From Fistulifera solaris (lineage: Eukaryota), in the NCBI GenBank assembly GCA_030295235.1, contig AP026134.1, forward strand, positions 1,054,001 to 1,118,000: 64,000 nucleotides of DNA. Direction: 5' to 3'. How positions within the stretch are numbered: position 1 is the first letter of the stretch; every line of letters begins with the position of its first letter. Under the pieces are notes generated by a model. That model saw only the letters and a program-made list of their open reading frames with translations, ran no database searches and had not been told where the DNA came from. A program made the position numbers and the translations under genes. This document shows positions 10,797 through 23,472 of this stretch, piece by piece.

Positions 10797-13700
10797 TTAA
10801 AGCCGGACCTTCAGATGATCCTTCTTGCTTTTAGAACCAATCTCGCTGCTGTCAGCTCCTTTTGTTTGGGTCTCTACCTCGTTACTCTTCGTCTTTTTAG
10901 GACTTTTCATAGCCTTTTCGGCCTTGGATGACTTCTTTGGACTCTTCGGTGATTTGTCTTCCCCAGCCTTCTTACTCTTCTTTGGAGACTTACGCGATGG
11001 ACTTTTCATGTCTTCTACTTTCTTTTTGCTTTTCGTCGGTGAGTTCAGTGTCTCATCCGTGTTCTCAATCTTAATCTTACTCACTTTCTTAGGCGATTTA
11101 TGAGTCGATGCTTTAGCTGTGTCGCTGCTCTTCTTCAATCTCCGTGGTGACACCAATCCATGATCTTCAAGTGTTCCCTGAGGTTTCTCCCTTGCCTTTT
11201 TCTTTGTTGTCCCTCTTTTGGCCGCCGCCTTACCCTTTACGCGAGCCACCTCTGCTGATGTATCGCTACAAACCGTCTCGCTTGAACTCGGATCTGTATT
11301 GACAATATATGCCGATGCATCCGGTCGTTTTCGTACTCTTCGCGTTTGCTGATCTACACTGTCTTCCGAAGAACTCGAATCTGAAGAGCTTGAATCAAAC
11401 GGTTCAGCAGAGGATGCCATTTTATCGTGACCAGCTGAGCCAATACTATCATTTGAGCTTTCGCTTTTGTCGCCTACGCTATCTTTATCGCTACCACTGC
11501 TGTCGCTGTAGAATGCCTTCTTCTTCAGTGGCTTTGACTGTCTCTGTGCTAACTTGATGGCTTCGGCTTCCTTTTCTTTTTTCCTCAAGGTCTCTTTTTG
11601 CCTCCCGCTTCGCGCCTCTCCCTGGCTTCCTGCAGTCTTGCCACCCTGAGCTTCTTCTTCTCTTCCAAAGTAAGCCCTTCCCTAGATTTCTTTTGTCGTG
11701 CTCTGACTTCTTCTTTTGCGGCTTTGAGTGCAAGTAATGCCTTCTCTTTGCGTTCTCTTGCCTCCAGGATCCATTGCGACACTGGGACACTCGATCCCCC
11801 GTCCTTTTCGTGAGACTTTGCGTCTTCCTTCTTGTAATCTGACAAAGTTGACGCATTTTCGTGCACTGAAACCTTTGAATCTTTTCTAGACTTCTTGTCC
11901 TTGCTCTTCTTTTCCTTCTTCTTGCGACTCTTTTTTTTTTTTGGCTTTTGAATTCGAGCGGCGCATGTTAGCGGAATCGTCTATTCGTTTTCGCGCCTCA
12001 AGAATCCACACCGTTGGGTCAGGTTCTTCTGGTAGACTAATCACCTTGCTCTCGTCTCTTTCTGCACGCTGTTGTCTGTACTTCTTTTCCAGCGCCATGG
12101 CCTTTTGGACAACATATTTAAAGAAATCTGAATCGTCGTGTGCTCTATTGACCTTGACAGCTGAAACACTACCCATGACCTCGGATTTCGATTCGGCGTC
12201 GACGCGCTTGGCTGCTTCAACGAAGGTAGCTCTTCTCGCTCCATCCATTTTATCGTCGTCATCGCTTTCGGATGAGGAGCTATCTTCGTACCATTTCTTC
12301 TTAGAAGCTCTCATGGGATGGAGTTTGCGCGTTTGAAGAAGTTGCTTTCTTTTTCTAGCAGCTTGGATCCAATGAGAAACGTCATCCATTTCGAAGCCGT
12401 CATTGTCAGCCTCCGACTTTGAGCTAAATTTCAGTTGTTCGCGTATGTATTCCCGGCGGAGCTGTTTTGCCTCTTTAACGATTTGTACGTCATCGTTTAT
12501 ATCGGCCTCACCTTCTTCAGCGCCATGATCCCCTGCTTCATTTTTGGCAAACGCCTCCGCTACAATTCGTTTTGCTTCGACTAACCAAACATCTTCATGA
12601 CTATTTTTCTTCCTCCGCTCTGCTTCGTTCACTCCGGCCTTTTGAACCCACATCGATATTTCTCCCTGTGAACGAGTACGTTGACGTAAAGATTCCCGCG
12701 TTGCATCGTCGCTTCGGCACAGTCTAAGCGCTTTCAGTGCAACCTCCTCATCGAGTTCATTATCGCTTAAGCAGCAACTATCTTCCGGTCTTTTGTCTTG
12801 TCCCAACATTGTTTCCTCACGTAATCGCTTTGCTTCATCAACCCAAGCTTGCCTTTCTGGATCGTCGAGGTCGCACCTGCCCTTTGCCTTGATTTTACGG
12901 GCTTCCGCTAACCAGAAAGACCGATCTACATCATCCTCACTGCTGGTGCGCTCATCCTCGTCACGATGCAACGAGGATTTCCTTTGATTATACTTGTTCT
13001 CCAGTTCCATCGCTTTTGTAAGGACATCAGAGTAATAGGAGCTTTCTGAACTCTCTACAACATAAGATTCGGCGTCTACCGCTACTTCTTCGTCTAGATC
13101 TCCCTTGCTTGCTAGTGCTCGTTCTTTCATCAACCGAGCTTCTTCTCGCCATAAGTAAACAGAATCGCTGTCTTCGGAGTCATCAAAATCGTCCGAATCA
13201 CTAGAATCACTGACCAATTCTCGGCTGAGGTTACGACTAGAGTTTCCTTCGTCATTTTCGGCCATGGAGCCATCAATATTCTCATAATCGAAATTGCTGC
13301 TGTCAGCTGCCGCGCTCGAGTTGCTACCAGTGAATGACAAATGCAGTTTCGAACGAGACAACTGCTTGAGTTGCCTCGCCTCAGCGATCCATTTCGTGAT
13401 GTTATCAACATCATCATCCTCTTCAGATTCAGAGTCCGAGTCTTTTTGGTTCGCTAAATGTCTGATATAAGCGCGCCGTAATCGCTTTGCCTGGTCAATA
13501 ATGTCATCGTCTTGATCGCTACCTTCTTCAAGGTCGTCATGTTTCGACACCTCGTCACTAGCAACTTTTTCTCGATGAGCAAGTCTTTGATTTCGCGCCT
13601 CTTCCGCCCATCGATTGTTATCGTCAATGTTCTCCATCGTGTCGTCTTCTGGAACGATTACTAACGAGAATGACGATGCTGATTCTTGCTGCAAACGCTC

Positions 13701-14720
13701 GGAGTTCTCTTCCTTCATACTGTCTTCTAAAAGAAGCGTTTGTCGCTTTAATTCAGTCCTTTCCTTATACCTTTGACGATTCTCATTTTCAACAGCCATG
13801 GTACGGGCTGATTCGACGCACGCAAGGAGACTATCGTCACCTTCTTCCGCCGTCGTCTCTCCTTCACCATGCAAAATATCGTCTACAACTTGCTCGGCAA
13901 GGGTCGCCCATTGCACTGAAATATCTGTTTCGGTGGCCTTTATTTTCGTTTCGACCTCTTTGTCCTGAGCGGTCTGTTCGTGAGGTGGGGGACGAGCTTT
14001 CTGTTCGTAAAGATCCCACGCATCTCGAATATTTACATATTCTTCGCGCTTGTGCCCGTCTTGACGGAATATAGCCAAACGTCTTTCTTTCGAGAGGTCC
14101 GAGACATCGCCATAATCTGGTATCAAGGCGAAGATGGATCGCAAATATCGAGAACGAAGGTCACTAAAGCTTTCTTTCGTATCGTCTTCGGCTTGTTTCA
14201 TCTCTTCGACCGAAGAATAATTGGCCAAGGCATTGACGAAAAGACCGCGCAACTCTGATTCATCACGCGTCCCCACGCTCCCTTGGTTGCTCGACATCTC
14301 CAGCTTACTCATCGGAGGACTTTGAAATCCCTTCATAGGACTTCTGAATCCTTTCATCGGACTGTGATATCCTTTGACCGGGCTTTGCAGAAGACCCATG
14401 CTCGCCATGCTCGCATTCAGATTTCCACTCACATTAAAATCTTCGAGGAGGTTCGGATCGAGACGGTTGACCATATCGGCAGAAACTGTCGTTGCTTTCC
14501 GATTCGTGACAGACTCGGCGCGAGAATACTTGGAAACATCCGTCATCGAGCGATCCAGCTGGCTGACCGACAACTGTTGCTTCTTCTCGTATTCCTTTTG
14601 TTTCCGTGCATTTTCCTGATATTGGAGAAGACGATCTTTCAAAGTTAAGCCACTTTTTGCGAGTCCATGACGCGTGAAGAAATCCTCTATTTCATGAAAA
14701 GAAGAATAAAAAAGTTGTGC
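10797..14720 (-). CDS. Very large acidic/basic low-complexity protein with WxxEA(R/K) repeats and a KSPK tail (ORFs joined across homopolymer shifts at about 11931-11942 and 11575-11610)
   Basis: The 947-aa ORF continues after a shift in the T12 run as KSRKKKEKKSKDKKSRKDSKVSVHENAST, and then into 10797..11588. A splice acceptor (ttttgttaccag) precedes 14720. Confidence 0.6.
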
Positions 14721-15044
14721 TGGTAACAAAATGGATGAGTGAAAGAGTGAATACGTTCTTCTCAGCGACGAACTTGTGTCAGTCTCATATTTTGCGGTCT
14801 TTCAAACAAGACCCCAACATTTGCGGGTCACGCCCACAAACAAAATGACCCTTTGCGCGGCGATGCCACTTTTTAGATGACGTGACTGAAATCAAGTTGA
14901 GTCGGAGAGATGCCAAACGATACCTTCTGATACCTGGTAACATATCCAGCACTACCAAAGACAAAGCCAATAAACTATGAAAGGTTATTCCTTCTATCGG
15001 ATTTCAGAAACTATGAGCTTTATCCTTACATTGGTCACGACCCT

Positions 15045-16271
15045 CTATTGTTCGTAAATAAAACTGCGAACCGCAAAGAAACCCTCACCGTTATCGACCT
15101 CATCTGGAGCATTATCCAAGATGTTTATCGAAGCATCGTCGTCATTGTCAGAGGCAGTACCGAGAGATTCTAATTTCTTCTCCTTTAATGACGACTTTGA
15201 TTTCCGTGGAGACTTACTGTGTGAAGTGCGCGCGGCCGATCGGCTCTCTTTCGACACCGTATCCGCTACCGAAGCACTCGCCAGTCGATGACCTCCATTC
15301 GATACATTCCTTACGGCTTCAGACTGTAATGGAACGTGTTGCATGGAAGCCGAACGAGATCTACGTCGACTCGGTCTTCGTTGTCGCGGAGATACAGATT
15401 GGCTGGAAGTATGTGTCGCTGATTTGGATCGCCGATTCGTAACCGGGGATTCCACAACCTTCTTGGCTGATTTTGAAGAACCGACTGCGGACGCGCGTCG
15501 ATCTGTTTTTATTCTCTCTCGGGGCTCTTCTTCGGCGACTTTTTTCTTGGCACTCGGTCTCGCAGCGAACACTATCGGTTGTTCCTCACTGGAGCTATCC
15601 GTTTCCACTCGGCTCGTTGCTAATGTTCGGCGACGACGCATGCGCCGAGGAGTGAGTAATTTATTCAAATCATCTTTCTCGGAAATGGTAAGCAGGGGGG
15701 CTTCCGAATCGAGCTTAAGTGTTGTATTCATCCACGTACTATTCGAAAGAGAAGGTCTGCGCTCTCGTGATCGTTTAAAAGGAGAACGGACACTGGCGGC
15801 AGATGGAAGAGAAGAACGTCGCTCTCTCATTTTGATGACAGGAGATGCTACCACAGAAGCTTCGGCTGTTTTCGTGCAGCGTGGTCGGGCGCTCCGAGGC
15901 GAGTCTCTACACGACGGAGCTAAAGCACGTGCGGACGACGAAGCCCCTTCTCTTCGAACCCTTTGCGGAGATATTACGTCCGACTGCATTCGGCGGGATG
16001 AACCTTGACGGCTACTCCGGAAAGGCCGCGGTGTTTGCTTTCACGCCACTCCGATGGCACTGGAGATGGCTGGTTCCCTGTACTCCGTCGACGAGGCTGC
16101 CGCGCCTGACGTTTCCCGACCTCGCCGTCGTCTTTTCGCCGTACTACATTCCCTCTAGGATCCGCATCTTTTCGTCTCTCTGATTTCTTTTTGCTCACAT
16201 CAGCGGCATCAACATCAACATCTTTTGTTTGTCTTTTGCGGTGTTGTCGTCTTTCCGAATTGCTCCGGCAT
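15045..16271 (-). CDS. Ser/Arg-rich low-complexity coding region, probably 5' exons of the 10797..14720 gene
   Basis: 314-aa SR-rich ORF plus an upstream overlapping ORF, with a candidate ATG at 16271. The link to downstream exons via 14785..14970 is not resolved. Confidence 0.45.
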
Positions 16272-16920
16272 GATGCTTTAGCTCCTGCTGGGCTATTCCG
16301 CCGAAAAAGAAAACACTTGCTAATTATTGTTCTCGAGCAGCAACGAGCGCGATGTTTCATTCGGGTTTCACAACAACGCTACCGGTAACGGTAAACACGA
16401 TGATAAATGTCAACCTGCTTATCATTTATTGACGAGTTGCATGCTGGCGGCGCTTTTCGAGTCCGTCGGCCCATAATAACGAAACGCATTCAGTGAGCTT
16501 TGATTACATAGGCAAACCAGGTACGGTACTACCTGGTGCTAGACGATGATGATTACTTAAGGGGTCCGGTCGTGCCTCAATAATCCCATCTACTTCCTGT
16601 ACAATATTTGTGGAATGTGAAACGACGAAGTGACAAGTGACCGGCATTCCTTCTTGAAGGGGAAACAGCGACCAAATATAATTCAATCGCACCGGTACCA
16701 ATGGATTTCAGTCCAACGCGCGTTTCAACAAGGAGATACCAAGTAAAGTGCCATCGATCATGTCGAAACACAGCATAAATAACACAAACACACATGCTGT
16801 TGTTGTAGAACCACAAAAAACGTAACGCAGCGTTCAAAAAGAAGCCATAGGGGCGACCGGAATTCGAGACTGCCAACTACTTGTTGATTTACTTTGCTTT
16901 TCCGCACACCCCGATGATCG

Positions 16921-17898
16921 ATGTCAGATCCATCGAAATCGCACAAATTACAAAAATGGCGGCGCGAGCTCATCACCAAGGATGACCCAGTGCACTTACA
17001 TAAAACGTTGGGTTTTCTTTGTTTGATTTCTTATATCTGGAGACTCAGTCAATGGGGACCCGAACGCGATATGGGATTTGCCACGCATCCCCAATTCACT
17101 CTACCGACCATCTTCCTGCATTTACTACTGAATCTGTCATCCTTCGAGTTTCAATTGCCTCCTCGTCGCATCGACTCTGGCTATCGAATTTGGCCGGAAT
17201 ATCGGGCACATTCGCTGGTATTCTTGTGTCGCTCGTTGGCCACAATGCTTCTCACGTATTACGAACAAGTCTACCACAAACCACCCAACTACTGGATGAA
17301 TTTGGTCATTGTTTTGGTGACCATGGCGGCCGCCGACACCGGATCGCGTTTCACCGATCATCAATCGGGCTTTTCGAGGAAACTGCAAGTCCCCAATATG
17401 GTAAAATACTACTTTTCGGTGGCACAACTGTGGGCGACCGCCGGTATCATCTACGGAATTCGTCGCTATTCGGTTCAACTGCTGTACTGTTTGATCATTC
17501 AAGTAAACGCGTTTCTCATGACATTGCGAAGAAAGAATTTGGCCGGTCACTATCTATTAGTGTCTGTGTATGGGTTCTTGTTGGTATCGGGAATTTTGAC
17601 TTGCACGATAGAACTCTTCCTTTGGGATGGATGGAGAGCGGTTCTGATTTTTGGTATTGCCGCAAATACAGCGTCTGTCATACGATTGGCACCCAGGAAG
17701 CATCCCCTAATGGATAACAAGTATTTGATGTGGATCTTCATTGGCTGCTTGGTTAGCAAAATGCGACAATCGTTTCGAGAAACAGACAAATGGATGATCT
17801 CCCTGGCAACAATATCCATGGTAGCAATGGTTTCATTGGGATTTTACAATGGCAAATATGGATACGGCCGTAGTTTCAGCACAATCAAAATTTCGTAG
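16921..17898 (+). CDS. Multi-pass membrane protein of unknown function
   Basis: Intact 325-aa ORF with about 8 hydrophobic segments and motifs DPVHLHKTLG, IWPEYRAHS and AFLMTLRRK. Confidence 0.75.
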   Translation: MSDPSKSHKLQKWRRELITKDDPVHLHKTLGFLCLISYIWRLSQWGPERDMGFATHPQFTLPTIFLHLLLNLSSFEFQLPPRRIDSGYRIWPEYRAHSLVFLCRSLATMLLTYYEQVYHKPPNYWMNLVIVLVTMAAADTGSRFTDHQSGFSRKLQVPNMVKYYFSVAQLWATAGIIYGIRRYSVQLLYCLIIQVNAFLMTLRRKNLAGHYLLVSVYGFLLVSGILTCTIELFLWDGWRAVLIFGIAANTASVIRLAPRKHPLMDNKYLMWIFIGCLVSKMRQSFRETDKWMISLATISMVAMVSLGFYNGKYGYGRSFSTIKIS

Positions 17899-18675
17899 TA
17901 GAAAGTCAGCACTTTTCGAATAATCAAGGAGCGAGCTCAACCTTGCAACCAGTACGCAATCCGAAAACGCAACATTCGAACGAACCATTCGTGAAGCTAC
18001 CTGGTAATACAGCTAGTAACTTCACGAGATTCGGGATGCAACAAGCAGCTCTCCAAAGGAAAGGTATACGACATAACCCCTTGGTGCTATAGCAAGTTCA
18101 CAACAAATATTCAACTTGAAGGCCTGAATATTAGAAATCAGTCAGAGCAAATAGTATTTGGATGGGTAGCGGAGCCGACGACATAACCAGTAATGCATGG
18201 AAATAATGAAGGCGAGCAATTGTCAATGGGACTGCCAATCGCCCGAGTCGGAAGTCCAAAATACCCCTCTCTATTAGACTCTTAGTACGCAGTAATGAAA
18301 TGATTGCAAACTCAGCATCAAGCTAGAATTGTCTTAATGACCCCTCTTTTTCTTTCAACTTTCAAAGCCTAATTATTATGAGGCATACGCCAAGCTCGAA
18401 TTCTCATCGTTTATGAACGTGACGATCCCGTCGTTCATCACACGCGTGACTGGTCATCGACGTGACTGACGTGTTATTGTGTTCGTCGTCTCGCCATGGC
18501 ATTTTCTATGTTCGTTGTTTGATACCGCACTACACTGCGATACGATGATGACGATGAAGGAGGAAGTAGTAGTAACATGCCCTCGTGCTTCGTTGTTTAA
18601 ACCTTGTGTCAAACTAGCAAGGATTACAGAATTGATTCAAACAGCACGACTTTGAAGTGAGAGTTAAACAAGAAT

Positions 18676-20540
18676 ATGCATAGATTTTTAGGATTTATTC
18701 TATTCCAGCCCCTTCTCCAAGGCACTCCAAGTTGGTCCTTTTCTCCTCCGAAAAATCTTAGCACTCGCAAAGCAACAGTCTCTATTCAAGCAGTAAACGA
18801 TGTTAGTAACGAAAGTGTAGAGACAACAGATGCGGTGGTATGCGGAGGAGGACCAGCGGGTCTATTGACAGCTATCATGCTCGCCGAAAAGTTGCCTCCT
18901 TCTCGGAAAATCCGTTTATACGATCGTCTGTCGGCTCCACCCGATGCGGATGACGATCGAATATGGGACAACGATGTGGCTCGATTTTATCTAATCGGTT
19001 TGGGAGGACGAGGTCAATCAGCGCTGCAAGAGTTTGGTGCTTGGGAGGGAGTTGTGAAAGATCGATGCGTTTCGGTGGTGGGTCGACGTGATTGGCAGCC
19101 CGGTGATCGGGAAGGGACGGAACGCATTTTTACCAAAGCCGAGAAACGAGTTCCAACCGAAGTCTTGGCACGCGACAAACTGGTCGGTGTTCTTCACCAG
19201 CATATTCTCGACAAGTACAAAGGACGAATTGAGTTGAACTATGGTTTCGAGGTACATCCTGTAGACTTTAACCACGAAAATGGAAAGTCTGTTTTGGTCG
19301 AAATTGCTCAATGCACGTCGGAGCTTGTGCCTTTGAATCGTTTGGAAGTCAAGACTTCACTGGAGAACCAGGAAGAGATTCTTTGCAGTACAGAAGACAC
19401 GAAACTTCTGAAGGTGAATGGTCTACTTGTGGCAGCTGATGGGACAGTCCGTACTGTGGCGAATGCGATGGAGAGAGAAGACAGGAAACGCTTCGATTCG
19501 CTCCATCCGATCCAAAAGTATTTTCCCCGAAGCCATTTCGGGTGAAGCGCTACGAGGATGACAATCAGCGCGTCTACAAATCCTTTCCTATCAACGTCCC
19601 GAAGGACTGGCGCTTTGATCTCAACTATTCGGCCCGCGCCAAACGCGCCACTTTCGACGCTTTACCCGCTAACCGAAAGGGAAACTATTGCGGACTGCTA
19701 TTGCTAAAGAAAGACGATCCTTTAGCGGTAGAAAACAACGACCCGAAGGAATTGAGAGCGATGATGGATAACTCTTTTCCGTACTTTAGCAAGTTGATTG
19801 ACGACGAAACCATGGCCACCGTGGCCAAAAAGCCCGTTTCTTATTTGCCCTCTTTCCGATACGCTGGGCCGCGCCTCTTTCAAGGCAACAATTGCGTGAT
19901 TCTGGGAGACTGCGTACACACAGTGAAACCGTATTTCGGGCTAGGCGCAAACAGTGCCTTGGAGGACGTTCGCATCTTGGGCCAAGCCATTGACAAACAC
20001 AAAGACGAGAACGGCGAATTTGACACGGCCAAAGTTGTCCGTGAATTTTCAAAAAGGAGAGCCAAAGATTCCAAGGCACTGGTACGAGTGTCACGTGACC
20101 TAGATCGTCCAGGAAAGCTAGGGGTATTCACATTTTTGATCCCTATCATTCTAGACTCGATTTTTAACAAGTTCCTGCCGGCTATCTTTACTCCGAATAT
20201 TATCAACATGTTACAGCGGGAAGGGTGGACATTCAGTGGCGTCGCAAGAAGAAAGAGACTAGAGCGCATCGTACAAATTGCTATGCTGACATCTGGTTTC
20301 TACCTTGCCGGAAAGGTTGCGACTCGCGCTATACTGTGGACTGCCACTAAGCTGTTCGCGGTCTGCCAGAGATCTGCAGCTGCTCGATATGCTATCCCTG
20401 CTGCCGCACTTTCTTTTGTTGGTACCTTTTTGGCTTCCAGGTCGAATAAGACACGTGAATCATCTAAGGATCTGCCAGCGGTAGCTGATGTGATTACGAA
20501 GTTCAGCAAGAAAAGTGAAGAGAAGCAAGTAACTAAATAA
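18676..20540 (+). CDS. FAD-dependent monooxygenase, kynurenine 3-monooxygenase-like; likely plastid-targeted; frameshift at about 19521-19528
   Basis: Has GGGPAGL, AADG and LGDCVHTVKPYFGLGANSALED motifs, plus an N-terminal signal followed by SFSPP. One extra C fuses the two ORFs (FPPKPFRVKR). Confidence 0.85.
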
Positions 20541-20610
20541 TGTCAACGATTCTATCAATAAAATGACGTAAAGCTCCTCCCATTCTACCGCCGCTAGATT
20601 GTAGAGTCGC

Positions 20611-21452
20611 TCAGTTTGTCCTTAGCGACTGACGACGAATAGTTATGGTTAAAGCACACACAGAACTAAATCCATTGACTACATATTCTTTAGAAAAAGG
20701 CCCACTCTGCTGATGCTGCTGAGGATACGAATTCCCCGAGACTGGCGGAGTATGATGTACTGGTGCTGAACCCATACCTAACAAATCATCGTGATGGTGT
20801 TGCTGGTGAGGCGTATGCGACATTCCGCCAAGTAAATCGGCACTATGGTGATGCTGGGGCGCCGCTGGCGCGGCATCGAAAAAAGTCCATGGTGGGAGCA
20901 GCCACCGGTGCAGGCGGAGGAGCGTGGTGTTGGTGATGTTGCTGCTGCGGTGGAGGAGCTGTGGTGGCTGCAGCTGGTCGATGGAAATCGTCATCATCAT
21001 CGTCTTCTTCGTCATCTACAGCAATGCGCGTCACTTTTGCAATGACTTGGTTCTTCCAAGTGGGAACGGGCTGACGATCATCGACACAATCCATCCACAC
21101 GGGCATAGCTCCCTTTTCACGGTCTGTTCCAGGTATTAAGGGTGATTTGAAGCGAAAGTGATAGCTTCCTGAGAGTGGAAATGCATTTTTAATTTCCCCG
21201 AGAGACGGAGGATAACCTGCCTGGCGCGGCTTTGGGGCCAAAAATACATTCGGTTGAGACTCTAAGTCTCCATCTTCCGGAATGAAGTAGCTTTGATTGT
21301 TGAGTGTGAAATAATTGATTGCATAATACCCGAAAATAAAAAGAAAAGATTGTTTGTTGGTGAGAACCAGCAAGATGAACACCGCAAAGAGTCATCCACG
21401 CAATAAGGTCGCAACGAGAAAGCGCCTCTATGACTTACCGTACAGTTGTCAT
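20611..21452 (-). CDS. DIX-domain protein with Pro/His/Gln-rich tail; intron 21291..21438; frameshift at about 20879-20884; 3' end uncertain (possibly about 20690)
   Basis: The spliced N-terminus MTTVRYFIPEDGD...PSLGEIKNAFP..YHFRFK...VWMDCVDD..PVPTWKNQVIAKV follows the DIX pattern. Confidence 0.7.
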
Positions 21453-21719
21453 AGTCTACAAGATCTTGATAGAAGGTCTGATGGACTTAAGCACAACACC
21501 GACTTCGTTATGGAAGCAGAGATAAGGAGCAATACAAGCAATGTTTACTGTCAACGGATCAAAAATTTACGCGCCGTCGCGTCGTGCTGCGGCCAAACCG
21601 GGTCGGTCTGTCACACCGTTTATGAACGTTTCTTCATTGAAAGTGTCCACCAAGTATTATTGCACACAAGACTAATTGCTGTCGTCTACCAGGTATATGC
21701 ATTGTATTTGTATACATAA

Positions 21720-23472
21720 TCACCCCCCAAGGTTGAAACTCATATTATTATCAGCGACTTCCAAGGCAACTTCCGTAAAGGAATTGCATTTTGGTAAATC
21801 GGAAGAGAAGTTTCTCAAGTCGTTCGCCAACCAGTCTACGACACTAGGATTCTCGAAGCAACGTGACACGGCAAGTTGCCATGCATCTCGAACAATGGTG
21901 CGCTTTACTTGAGCATCTTGCTCTTGATCACGAGGTTCGAGCCCTGGAAATCGATTGACTTCTACAAGCCATGGTCGAAGACTGTCGTCGACAACAAAGT
22001 CCAGTCCTAGTATCTTGGGAACCATCATTTTTGATACCATCTTTCGCGTGCTTGACATTTCATGATCCATCGCTGAAACAGCAAACATATTCTTGTATAT
22101 TACGAACACTTGACGAGTAGCTTCACGTAGAGCCGAAAACAATGCATCCCAGCTACCTGATTCACGCTGTGAAAGCTGATCCTTCAGATATTCCAGTGTT
22201 TCCTGCCGCATAAAGCGCTCTCTTCCTGAATTTGTCATGTGAGATCTCGCATTGATAACTTCAGCAGTGACAGGTTCCGCAGCGATTTTTACGAGACCAA
22301 CATCGGACAAGAAAATTCCATCGCCGATCATAGCTACATAAATTCGTAGGGAAAACTTGAAACCACCCGATAGTAGGAAAGGATTCTCGACCATTCTCTG
22401 CACAAGGATTTGCTCTTCATCCTTTACAAAGGACGCAACCTTTTTCTGGACATCAGATGAACCCTTCGCAATCAAATTTCCATGTGATCCATACCCGGCT
22501 CTGCGTTTCAAAATGAATAGTGACGTAGGATCATCAGCAAAGACCCCAAAGCTATTCACCTCCGATCCAGACGAACTTATGATCCATCCTTGAGGCCAGA
22601 ATGCTCGTGTCTCCTCTGCTACGTTTGGCGTAGACGTAAGCATTCGGTGCAACATGACTTTGTCATCCACGTGCAACAGCATAGGATCGTCAAAAGGACC
22701 AGTATTGACTGCGCAAAAGTCAAGAAAAGTCAAATAGAGGCAGATCATTCTTTGAGATCATATGACCAACGGAAGAACTATCTTTTGATGCAATCCAAGT
22801 GCCACGCAGAGGAGCCATCGACAGAGGAGCGAAGAGTTGGACGAAGAGCGAAGGCTTTGCAAATCGTCTCCCCCTCCCGCTAAAATGGTTGATTGCGTCT
22901 TTGAGTGCAGACACTTCCAGGAAGCTTGACGGACACTTCATAATTTCATTTGCTGCGGAAAGATTTCCTTGCCGAAGGGCACACGTTACCGCGCCAAGAA
23001 TTCCTTCCCCCTTCTCTGTAATGCGAAACTCATGGTAAGCCTCAGGGTAACGAAGCAGTCTCTGTAAGGACTTGGCCTTTTGCAAGTGAAGCCGATGCAT
23101 GAAGTTATCCAGCTGGTGTTGCTGTGAGAATTCTAAAGCCTCATCCAAGACCATTAAAGCCCTATCGTCATCACCAACTCGAACCAAGCAAGCGGCATGC
23201 AACTCGAAGCAAAGAAGGATTGCCGACTCGGAAAGCTCGTTTCTTTCTTCAAATCTCAAAATATCATCCCACTGCAAGCACGCCTCCTCCGCTGCTGTAA
23301 TATTTGATGTCCCTTGCTCCGAAAGGTTCATCGTCAAGCGGACACGGTCCAAGAAAGACAGACCTGTTCCAGAGAGAGCGTGTGCGACATTGTTTGTCAA
23401 GGAATGAAGCCAACAACAAATGGTGACAAGACCTATTGCTCTCCGCAACTGCCGCCTCGTTTTTGAGGTCAT
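21720..23472 (-). CDS. TPR-like + tubulin-tyrosine ligase (ATP-grasp) family protein; frameshifts at about 22720-22875
   Basis: TTL motifs LVQRMVENP, KFSLRIYV and LGLDFVVDDSLRPWLVEVN, with helical TPR-like repeats upstream. Confidence 0.7.

Noticed and set aside
15343..16008. 221-aa plus-strand ORF and many similar antisense ORFs
   Set aside because: These are shadows of real genes on the opposite strand and have no motifs of their own.
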